Source: an uncultured bacterium
GTDB lineage: Bacteria > Patescibacteriota > Minisyncoccia > Phycocordibacterales > UBA5272
Assembly: GCA_903875555.1 (NCBI GenBank)
Contig: CAIQWN010000037.1
Span: 1-39,836, forward strand
Reading direction: 5' to 3'
Length of the DNA: 39,836 nt
A program made the position numbers and the translations under genes. Every line of letters begins with the position of its first letter. The stretch's first letter is position 1. The notes under the pieces were generated by a model that was given only the letters and a program-made list of their open reading frames with translations, had not been told where the DNA came from and did no database searches. This document shows, one piece after another, positions 32,465 to 39,836 of the stretch.

Positions 32465-33403
32465 ATGCTAAAAAATGAAAAGATTTTTATAACTGGTGGT
32501 GCTGGATTCCTTGGCCAAGAAATAATTAAACGTTATTACAATCAAAATGAAATAACTATTTTTAGTCGTGATGAAGCAAAACATTACTATCTAAAAAAAC
32601 AATTCCCAAAAGTAAATTGTATCATTGGAGATGTCAGAAACTTTGATTTATTAAACAATTCAATGAGAGGTCACACCATTGGTATATTTGCTGCATCATT
32701 AAAGCAAATTGAAGCAGTTGATCAGAACGTAGAAGAAAGTCTTTATGTTATTATTCACGGGGCAATCAATTCAAGAAAAGCAGCGATCAAAAATAAGCTT
32801 AAAGCTGCCACATTTATTTCCACAGATAAAAGTAGAGGTGCGACAACACTTTATGGCGCAATGAAATTCGTAGCTGGTGAATCTTTTATAGTTAATGCAG
32901 AAAAAGAAGCAACACTGCTGTCTTCTGTAATTTATGGAAACGTATTAAATTCTACAGGATCAGTCATACCGCTAATATGGGATTCAATAAAAAACAAATA
33001 TAACCTAACTCTCTATTCTGAAGAAATGACTAGATTTATGATTACACCTGAAAAAGCTGTTGATTGCGTGGAATTCGCGTTAAAAAATACATGTGTCAGT
33101 GTTGTACCAAACTTAAAATCTTTTAAAATAAAAGATTTGTTTGAAATATATCACGAAGAATTTGGATTAGTGTGGGAAAAAGGAATCCCTAGGATATCAG
33201 AAAAATACCATGAGCAAATGATATCACCTTATGAAACAGACAGGGTTAAATTTGATAAAGAAAACGATATGTACCTTATTCACTACAAAAAAGTTTTCGG
33301 TGAAGTGAAACTTCCAAACACAGGACTTAGTTCTGAAAACTGTTTAGTAACAAAAAATGAACTTAAAAAAATACTACAGAAAAACAATTATTTTAAACCT
33401 TAA
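32465..33403 (+). CDS. Short-chain nucleotide-sugar 4,6-dehydratase (CapD/PseB-like, Polysacc_synt_2 family)
   Basis: 312 aa. ITGGAGFLGQ, FSRDEAK, GDVRN, STDKS and YGAMK (YxxxK). Confidence 0.7.
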   Translation: MLKNEKIFITGGAGFLGQEIIKRYYNQNEITIFSRDEAKHYYLKKQFPKVNCIIGDVRNFDLLNNSMRGHTIGIFAASLKQIEAVDQNVEESLYVIIHGAINSRKAAIKNKLKAATFISTDKSRGATTLYGAMKFVAGESFIVNAEKEATLLSSVIYGNVLNSTGSVIPLIWDSIKNKYNLTLYSEEMTRFMITPEKAVDCVEFALKNTCVSVVPNLKSFKIKDLFEIYHEEFGLVWEKGIPRISEKYHEQMISPYETDRVKFDKENDMYLIHYKKVFGEVKLPNTGLSSENCLVTKNELKKILQKNNYFKP

Positions 33404-34194
33404 TGAAAAAGATTCTAATACTTGGTCATAACGGAATGCTTGGGAGTGCTATATTTAAGTATTTTGAAAATAAGAGAGGTAAGTTTTCATTGATAACCAT
33501 TAATGATCGTTGGGGAACGGATTTGTTTAAAAATAAATTAAATGAGTTAGATGTGGATATTATAATTAACTGTATAGGTGTAATTCCTCAAAAAAAACCT
33601 AACATTTCTGAGTATAAAAATATAAATATTGATTTACCTATTTTTTTAGAAACATTAAATAAAAAAATAATCCACCCTTCTACTGATTGTGAATTTTCAG
33701 GAAATATTGAAAATAATAAAAAATATACGAAGACAGACATTAGAGACACTCAAGATACTTATGGCAAAAGTAAGGCCGATATTTCAAAATTAATTGAAGA
33801 TACTTTTAAAAATACAAAAATAATAAGAACGTCGATGATTGGACATGAGAACAATTCTCATTACGCTCTTCTAGATTGGTTTTTGAACTCTTCAGGTGAA
33901 GTTAATGGATATGCAAATCATTATTGGAATGGAGTCACCACGCTTGAATGGACAAAATTATGCGAAAAGATAATTGATAATTGGGATGATTTTCCAATAC
34001 TTAACCAATACGGGACAAAAGAGATTAGAAGTAAATATGATTTATTAAACGATATTAAAGATATTTATAACAAAGATGTCACTATAAATAAATTTGAAGC
34101 GATAGAAACAGTAAATAAATGTCTTGCGTCAGATATTGATATTCCAGATATTAAAACACAACTACAAGAACTTAAAAAGTTTTATAATAAATAA
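33403..34194 (+). CDS. NAD(P)-dependent sugar reductase, RmlD-like
   Basis: 263 aa. ILILGHNGMLGS and YGKSK (YxxxK). The start overlaps the upstream stop (TAATG). Confidence 0.6.
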   Translation: MKKILILGHNGMLGSAIFKYFENKRGKFSLITINDRWGTDLFKNKLNELDVDIIINCIGVIPQKKPNISEYKNINIDLPIFLETLNKKIIHPSTDCEFSGNIENNKKYTKTDIRDTQDTYGKSKADISKLIEDTFKNTKIIRTSMIGHENNSHYALLDWFLNSSGEVNGYANHYWNGVTTLEWTKLCEKIIDNWDDFPILNQYGTKEIRSKYDLLNDIKDIYNKDVTINKFEAIETVNKCLASDIDIPDIKTQLQELKKFYNK

Positions 34195-34195
34195 A

Positions 34196-34927
34196 TTATT
34201 TTTGTAATAAATATATGTTTATTTGACCATCGTCTTTTTTATAAGAGATAACTGGATAAAAAATTATATAAAATATCTTTAATTTAAATGATATAGCTTT
34301 AAATATATTTATATTTTTTGTCTTCAAAATTAATTTATAGTTCAAAGATTTTAAGTAATAGTTAAATGTATTTTCAAATATCGGAGAAATATGTCCACTA
34401 CCAATTAAATCAAGAGGTCCAAAAAGTTGTAATTGTTTAGTTAATAAAAATTTAATACGAGATATGCCATTTTCTGGATTTGGGGTAGACAGCAAAATAT
34501 AACAGCTCTCACCTAAAATAGATTTTATTTTTCTTAAAAAATCATATGGACTATATAAATGTTCTATAATCTCTATCGCAATAACAACGTCGAACTTTTT
34601 ATCTACAAATTTTAAATGAAAATCTTCATTTAAATCATAATCAAAAATATTTTTATTATCAGCTTTATAATTTTCCTTTATAAATTCTACCGCTGTTATA
34701 TTTTTGTAACCGTTATCAATAAGTCTTTGATCAAAAGCCCCTCCTCCTGCACCCAAAATCAAAATTTTTATATTTTTATCTAAATTTAAATTACTTAAAA
34801 TTTCAAAACATTTTTCATGTAAATTAACCGCAGCAAAAATAGGAATATTTTTATAACCACCAAGAAAATTTTTATCACTTTTGTTTAAGAAATGAATTGA
34901 TGATTGTATATCTTTGGTGTTTGACAT
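34196..34927 (-). CDS. Class I SAM-dependent methyltransferase
   Basis: 243 aa. Motif I is ILILGAGGGAF, followed by VIAIEIIEHL. Confidence 0.7.
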   Translation of the reverse strand: MSNTKDIQSSIHFLNKSDKNFLGGYKNIPIFAAVNLHEKCFEILSNLNLDKNIKILILGAGGGAFDQRLIDNGYKNITAVEFIKENYKADNKNIFDYDLNEDFHLKFVDKKFDVVIAIEIIEHLYSPYDFLRKIKSILGESCYILLSTPNPENGISRIKFLLTKQLQLFGPLDLIGSGHISPIFENTFNYYLKSLNYKLILKTKNINIFKAISFKLKIFYIIFYPVISYKKDDGQINIYLLQK

Positions 34928-34950
34928 AAACTTTATATAAATTAAGATAA

Positions 34951-35742
34951 TTATATCATATACTCTATAGATTCTCCGGTAAACATAACTTCAGCGACTT
35001 TACCAATATCAATACTTTGATATCCCATATTTGCATACTCAAAGATAAAATACTTCCCAACTGGACCCATAGCAAAAAACAATACCACGTCTTCTGGTTT
35101 TATGTTTAATAATTTTTCATCAATATCCATTTTAATATTTTCATACTCCTTCAGAGCATTATATTCAGGTGTCTCTACATAAAAAACATCTTTCAAAAGA
35201 GTGGCCCTGCTTTTTAACTTTTCTATTGTTTCTTTTTTTGTAACACAAATCACTATTTTATCTTTAAAAATTGGGGCTATGTTATTTTCAAAATATTTAT
35301 CATAATAAAAATTATGTGCATCCATATAAGAAACGTTCTTAGGGAAGATTAAAAAAAATACAATCTTAAGAGGTAACCAAACATTAAATTTACCGATTTC
35401 TTTTAACTCTTTGTTTGAGTAATTACAAAAAATAGGAATCGAAAGTACGTATGGACTTTTTGATGAATAAGACATAACTATTTCTTTCATCATCTTTTTA
35501 AGTCTTGGGGAAAAATAATGATAATGATTTTTCAGACCAAGAAGTAAATTAATTTCTCCATCGCCAAACCTGATAAGAGATTTACCTTGTCTTAGGGAGG
35601 TGACGATCTCGCCTTGTTTATAAAAATTAATTTTAAAAGAGAAATCTTTAAGAAAGAAAGCATACACATATACAAATATATACAGAGGGTGTTTTATATA
35701 CCTCTTCAAGAACGCTACTGCCCTAGGAATTTTATTTAACAT
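34951..35742 (-). CDS. GT-D fold glycosyltransferase (DUF1792-like)
   Basis: 263 aa with the LIRFGDGEINLLLG signature. Confidence 0.65.
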   Translation of the reverse strand: MLNKIPRAVAFLKRYIKHPLYIFVYVYAFFLKDFSFKINFYKQGEIVTSLRQGKSLIRFGDGEINLLLGLKNHYHYFSPRLKKMMKEIVMSYSSKSPYVLSIPIFCNYSNKELKEIGKFNVWLPLKIVFFLIFPKNVSYMDAHNFYYDKYFENNIAPIFKDKIVICVTKKETIEKLKSRATLLKDVFYVETPEYNALKEYENIKMDIDEKLLNIKPEDVVLFFAMGPVGKYFIFEYANMGYQSIDIGKVAEVMFTGESIEYMI

Positions 35743-35834
35743 ATACGATTTTAAAACTAAAAGTAGATATTATCTTCATAACATAATATACTTAACTATA
35801 ATAAACTAAAAACCCTTTATTTACAATAAAACAC

Positions 35835-36875
35835 ATGAACACAGAAAAGATAAGAACAAAAGAAAATACATATTGTCCAGTATGCAAAGAAAAAGGCATC
35901 CCTTTATATAACGATTTAAAAGATCGTATTTTCAAAACTCCAGGATTATGGAATATCAAAAAATGTCCAAAAAATAATTGTGGTACATTGTGGTTAGATC
36001 CAACACCAGTAGAAGCAGATATTATAAAACTATACGATGATTATCATACGCATGTAACACTCCCTTTTGTTCCACACAAGAGTGTTACTCAACCAATATT
36101 TGACCGCATAAGAGCTTCGTATCTTGCTCATAAATATGGATATAAACCTCTATCTCCATCTGTAATAAATAAACTATGGCGATTTGTGGCATATTTACAT
36201 CCTGGGTGGATAGATATACAGGCTGCGAATATCTATTACCTACCAGCGAAACACGAAGGATTATTACTTGATGTTGGTAGTGGCAACGGAGACACATTAA
36301 GATCAATGAAGAATATGGGATGGGATGGTGTAGGTATAGATTTTGACGAAGGGGCAGTCAAAAACGCAAGAAGTAATGGACTAGATGTGAGACTTGGTGA
36401 ATTATCTGCCCAAAAATTTGAAGATAATAGTTTTGATGCAATTATAATAAATCACGTCATAGAGCACGCTAATAATCCTTTAGGATTATTAAAGGAAAGT
36501 TATAGGATTTTAAAAAAGAATGGTGTAATGGTTGTAACAACACCAAATGTAAAATCAATAGGTCACGCAATATATGGCAAAAACTGGAGAGGATTAGAGA
36601 CTCCTCAACATTTACACCTGTTCACAAATAAATCACTACATAAAATCGCAGACGACGCTGGCTACACCAACATCAAAACTTTTACATCATTACAAGGGTC
36701 TTCTCATATGCTTGATGAATCTGCAAAATTAGCCAAGAACGAAGAAGCAGACAGACCTCCAAAAAATAATCTACTAAACCGTACAATAAAACATATAAGG
36801 TGGTTCATTGTTGGGTGGATACATCTCCTTATTCCAGGAAGAGACGAGATGCTAGTCCTTATTTGTAAGAAGTAA
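35835..36875 (+). CDS. Class I SAM-dependent methyltransferase with an N-terminal Cys4 zinc ribbon
   Basis: 346 aa. CPVC...CPKNNC, motif I LLDVGSGNGD, and IIINHVIEH. Confidence 0.8.
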   Translation: MNTEKIRTKENTYCPVCKEKGIPLYNDLKDRIFKTPGLWNIKKCPKNNCGTLWLDPTPVEADIIKLYDDYHTHVTLPFVPHKSVTQPIFDRIRASYLAHKYGYKPLSPSVINKLWRFVAYLHPGWIDIQAANIYYLPAKHEGLLLDVGSGNGDTLRSMKNMGWDGVGIDFDEGAVKNARSNGLDVRLGELSAQKFEDNSFDAIIINHVIEHANNPLGLLKESYRILKKNGVMVVTTPNVKSIGHAIYGKNWRGLETPQHLHLFTNKSLHKIADDAGYTNIKTFTSLQGSSHMLDESAKLAKNEEADRPPKNNLLNRTIKHIRWFIVGWIHLLIPGRDEMLVLICKK

Positions 36876-37692
36876 GAATATTACGAATTAGTTTTACAAA
36901 ATAAACCACTAAAAAAAACAACCTCTTACCTAGAGTTAGGTTTCTATTTGTCGATAAACATTTTAAATAACGTAAATTATCAGAGATGGCCTGCTTTTCT
37001 CTTTCTTTTAAAACATTAGTATCAATTTCCTTGCCCCAACCAACAACATTCTTGCAGTGCTGTCTATATGATTGAAGAACTTCATTTATATAAAATGATT
37101 TTTTAGGAAAAATAGCTAGTTGTATCCAAGAGTCATGCGCTGGTGCATATTTACCAATAGGTAAAACGCTTTTTAAAAGTTTAGATCTATAAGATGTTGC
37201 ACATCCCAATACGCAAGAACCCCATGTGCTGTATAACAATTTTCTTTTTTTGTAATAATCAGGAGCAGAATCTTCTAAAAAACCAATTTCTTTATCTTCA
37301 TCATCAATTAAAATGACCCTATTATACACCCAGTGAATATCTTTGTTACTCTTATAAATATCGACGTGTTTGCTAATCTTTTCTGAGTACCAAATATCAT
37401 CTTGGTCACATAAAAAAATAATTTCTCCTCGACACAACCCTATAACATATTCAAAATTTTTTATGAAACCATTTGGATTAGGATTCAATACCCACTTAAT
37501 ACGAGAATCTTTCGTTTGATATTCATTTAATATTTCATGAGTCCCATCTTTGCTTCCGTCATCACTAATAATAATCTCAAAATTCTCATAACTTTGACCG
37601 AGAAGAGAATCGAGTTGTTCTCTTAAAAAAGACTCACCATTAAAAGTGGTCATCGCCACTGAAACAAATATCTCTTTAGATATAGAATTCAT
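36859..37692 (-). CDS. Glycosyltransferase family 2
   Basis: 277 aa. VSVAMTTFNGESFLREQLDSLLGQ, IIISDDGSKDGT and CDQDDIW. Confidence 0.85.
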   Translation of the reverse strand: MNSISKEIFVSVAMTTFNGESFLREQLDSLLGQSYENFEIIISDDGSKDGTHEILNEYQTKDSRIKWVLNPNPNGFIKNFEYVIGLCRGEIIFLCDQDDIWYSEKISKHVDIYKSNKDIHWVYNRVILIDDEDKEIGFLEDSAPDYYKKRKLLYSTWGSCVLGCATSYRSKLLKSVLPIGKYAPAHDSWIQLAIFPKKSFYINEVLQSYRQHCKNVVGWGKEIDTNVLKEREKQAISDNLRYLKCLSTNRNLTLGKRLFFLVVYFVKLIRNILTSYK

Positions 37693-37741
37693 ATAGTATA
37701 CTTAAGTATAACATCACTTACACTTAAACAACCTCTTAAAT

Positions 37742-38797
37742 ATGGATAATACGCTCTCAAAAGAATTACTTAAAAAAAACAGCTTCGATTTCCTAAGGTT
37801 TATATTTGCCACCTCTGTTATTTTTTCCCATAGTTTTTCATTAAAGGCTGGGATGAACCTCTTAGAACCATTATCACTAACAGCCCAAATTTATAAAAAC
37901 TTTGGGAATGTTGCAGTTTTTTCTTTCTTTATATTAAGCGGATTTCTTCTTACTCGTAGTTGGATTTTGAAACCCAACACACTAACTTTTTTTAAAAAAA
38001 GAATATCTAGAATATTCCCAGGCATTATAGTTGCAACCCTTGTAACCATACTAATATTAGGTTTCTTTTCAGGAATACCGTATCAGGAATATATATTACA
38101 CAAACAAACTGTTCGATACCTATCAAATTTTTTTCTATACCCAATTCATTATAGCCTCCCTGGTATATTCCAGAATAATCCGTATATTTATACAGTAAAT
38201 GGCTCATTGTGGTCTATTTCGTATGAATGGACATGCTATGTCATACTTACAATCATTGGATCGCTCGGACTTCTTTCTATACGAAAAGAAGCATTGCCAA
38301 TCACATATGTTTTTGTAGCTATTTTATATTATTTTGAAATAGGGAAAAATGTAACATTTCTTTTCTCAATCAATCTATATACACTGTTTTCTCTTTTTTT
38401 ATTTTTTCTTTCAGGTTCTTTATTTTATGTACACGCAAATAAAATACCTCTTAATAAATATTTAATGTTGTTTTGTGTGCCTATTTTTATTTTTCTTTTA
38501 TTTAGTATGAAAATGTCTTTTTTATATGTATTTTTAGGCCCAATAACCCTCACATATATTTTAATTTTTATTTCCTATAATACACCCTATTTAAATGAAT
38601 TCTCACACAAAATTGGAGATTTATCTTACGGTCTATATATCTACGCTTTTCCAACACAACAATTACTAATATCTCTTTCCAAAAACACACTAAGCATCTC
38701 TGAATTGTTTATCTCGTCATTTTTTATATCATTTTTATTTGCATACATATCCTGGCACTTTGTTGAAAAACAATTTTTAAACAAAGATAAACACTGA
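37742..38797 (+). CDS. Acyltransferase family 3 (O-acetyltransferase-like) membrane protein
   Basis: 351 aa. FDFLRFIFATSVIFSHSF at the N-terminus and about 10 TM helices. Confidence 0.8.
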   Translation: MDNTLSKELLKKNSFDFLRFIFATSVIFSHSFSLKAGMNLLEPLSLTAQIYKNFGNVAVFSFFILSGFLLTRSWILKPNTLTFFKKRISRIFPGIIVATLVTILILGFFSGIPYQEYILHKQTVRYLSNFFLYPIHYSLPGIFQNNPYIYTVNGSLWSISYEWTCYVILTIIGSLGLLSIRKEALPITYVFVAILYYFEIGKNVTFLFSINLYTLFSLFLFFLSGSLFYVHANKIPLNKYLMLFCVPIFIFLLFSMKMSFLYVFLGPITLTYILIFISYNTPYLNEFSHKIGDLSYGLYIYAFPTQQLLISLSKNTLSISELFISSFFISFLFAYISWHFVEKQFLNKDKH

Positions 38798-38815
38798 TGC
38801 AACACGTCGAGATAT

Positions 38816-39832
38816 TTATCTTTTTGAAATAACAGCGCAACTTATATTTGATTTTGATCCTGTATATGCCGATGGATTGAAAATTAATTTAACGATATCT
38901 ATAACTTTTTTTATAATCTTTGTAACACTCTTTAAAAAATTATAGATATGATATTTTTCTGTAAAAACTCTAAGGCTGGACTTTACATACCTAGAATACA
39001 AAGGCTCGCCAGTTTCTGAAAAATTTGCAGTTCTTATTACGTTTACATTACGGAATGATTTCCTGATAGTTCCATGTAATAAATTATACAAGGAAAATGA
39101 GACGAGACTACTTACAAAACCCAACCTAGAGGCTAGTTTAGAAAGACCATCTTCACTAAACCATGTTATATGAACAGGAGGAGCGTCTGTTTCCCATAAA
39201 CTACCTTTTGGATAAAAAGACTTGTTCGGTGTGGTTACAATAAGAATACCATCCGGATAAAGCAGGCTCATTGCATGAGAAATATATGATGATGGATCAT
39301 CAACATGTTCAATAAGTTCAAGCATACAAATTACATCATATAATTTTCCATCTTGTAATTTGTGTTTAAAAAAATCTTCACAAACAAAATAATCGCCATA
39401 CATTTTTTTAGCTTCACCTACTGCTTTACTTGAAATATCGAGACCTGTAACATCATAACCTGACTGCTTAAGAGAATATGAGACATACCCCAGTCCACAA
39501 CCAACATCAAGGACACGCAATGATTTTGATTTTTTATTTTTTAAAATACTACGAAGACCATAATACATCTCTTCTTGATCGGCTAAATACTTAAGAGGGT
39601 CATTTTTGTTTTTTATTTCTTGTGAATATAAATAATAACGCATATAACCTGGCGCATCTTTGCGATTTTGGTAAATTAAATTATATACAGAATCCACAGA
39701 AGTATGTGGATATGACCAAGAAGTATCACATTCGTCACAAACAAAAATTTCATAAGACGTACCTTTAACATAACCCTCTTGCTCTCCTTGTTTATGAATC
39801 TTTTCTGAATTACAAGCAATACATTTTTGCAT
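38816..39832 (-). CDS. Class I SAM-dependent methyltransferase with an N-terminal Cys4 zinc ribbon
   Basis: 338 aa. CIAC...CDEC, motif I VLDVGCGLGY, and ICMLELIEHV. Confidence 0.8.
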   Translation of the reverse strand: MQKCIACNSEKIHKQGEQEGYVKGTSYEIFVCDECDTSWSYPHTSVDSVYNLIYQNRKDAPGYMRYYLYSQEIKNKNDPLKYLADQEEMYYGLRSILKNKKSKSLRVLDVGCGLGYVSYSLKQSGYDVTGLDISSKAVGEAKKMYGDYFVCEDFFKHKLQDGKLYDVICMLELIEHVDDPSSYISHAMSLLYPDGILIVTTPNKSFYPKGSLWETDAPPVHITWFSEDGLSKLASRLGFVSSLVSFSLYNLLHGTIRKSFRNVNVIRTANFSETGEPLYSRYVKSSLRVFTEKYHIYNFLKSVTKIIKKVIDIVKLIFNPSAYTGSKSNISCAVISKR

Positions 39833-39836
39833 ATTA

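Noticed and set aside
1-39836. Alternative genetic code (UGA or UAA reassignment, as in some candidate phyla)
   Set aside because: Long motif-complete ORFs terminate at TGA (for example thsB at 4725-4727 and the RND gene at 18430-18432), and at TAA and TAG. No conserved gene needs read-through. The single in-frame TAA in hicA is better explained as a nonsense mutation.
1-39836. tRNA, rRNA or tmRNA genes in the intergenic GC-richer patches (for example 2700-2800, 6330-6400, 15860-15960, 18290-18400)
   Set aside because: No cloverleaf-compatible arm arrangement or conserved T-loop (GTTCRANNC) in the right context was found by eye. The 15860-15960 and 18290-18400 patches are explained as plsC-type 5' coding remnants.

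Overview
The window is AT-rich (about one-third G+C by eye), uses the standard genetic code (TGA is a stop), and has small, tightly packed genes. That is consistent with a reduced-genome bacterium such as CPR/Patescibacteria, but this is inference only. All family names come from motif recognition; no searches were run.

Layout:
- 1-2660: right end of a prophage or phage remnant (TerL running off the window, TerS-like, ParB-methyltransferase fusion).
- 2819-6115: an early/accessory region with a LexA/CI-type S24 repressor, a DUF2188 protein and a three-gene Thoeris-like defence locus (TIR / 2TM-macro / TIR).
- 6431-18410: a highly rearranged accessory region. A minus-strand operon (PlsC-like acyltransferase, uncharacterised 547-aa protein, 7TM histidine kinase) has three extra orphan copies of the kinase 3' end downstream and three orphan copies of a plsC-type 5' end upstream. 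The intervals between orphans hold toxin-antitoxin or accessory cassettes: hicB plus nonsense-mutated hicA, two zeta-family kinases, a MazF-like toxin, an NYN protein and a 137-aa unknown.
- 16939-27567: housekeeping genes (ddl, ykgJ-like, RND/MMPL exporter, matrixin-like protease, yvcK, rlmH, tsaD, O-antigen-ligase-like TPR protein).
- 27722-39832: a surface-glycan cluster (GT2, GT25, GT32, two GT-D/DUF1792, sugar dehydratase and reductase, three SAM methyltransferases, an O-acyltransferase).

No tRNA, rRNA, CRISPR array or recognisable recombinase was seen. Recurrent signals are several small repeat and hairpin families, and extended -10 boxes placed exactly 6 nt upstream of ATG, which implies leaderless mRNAs.
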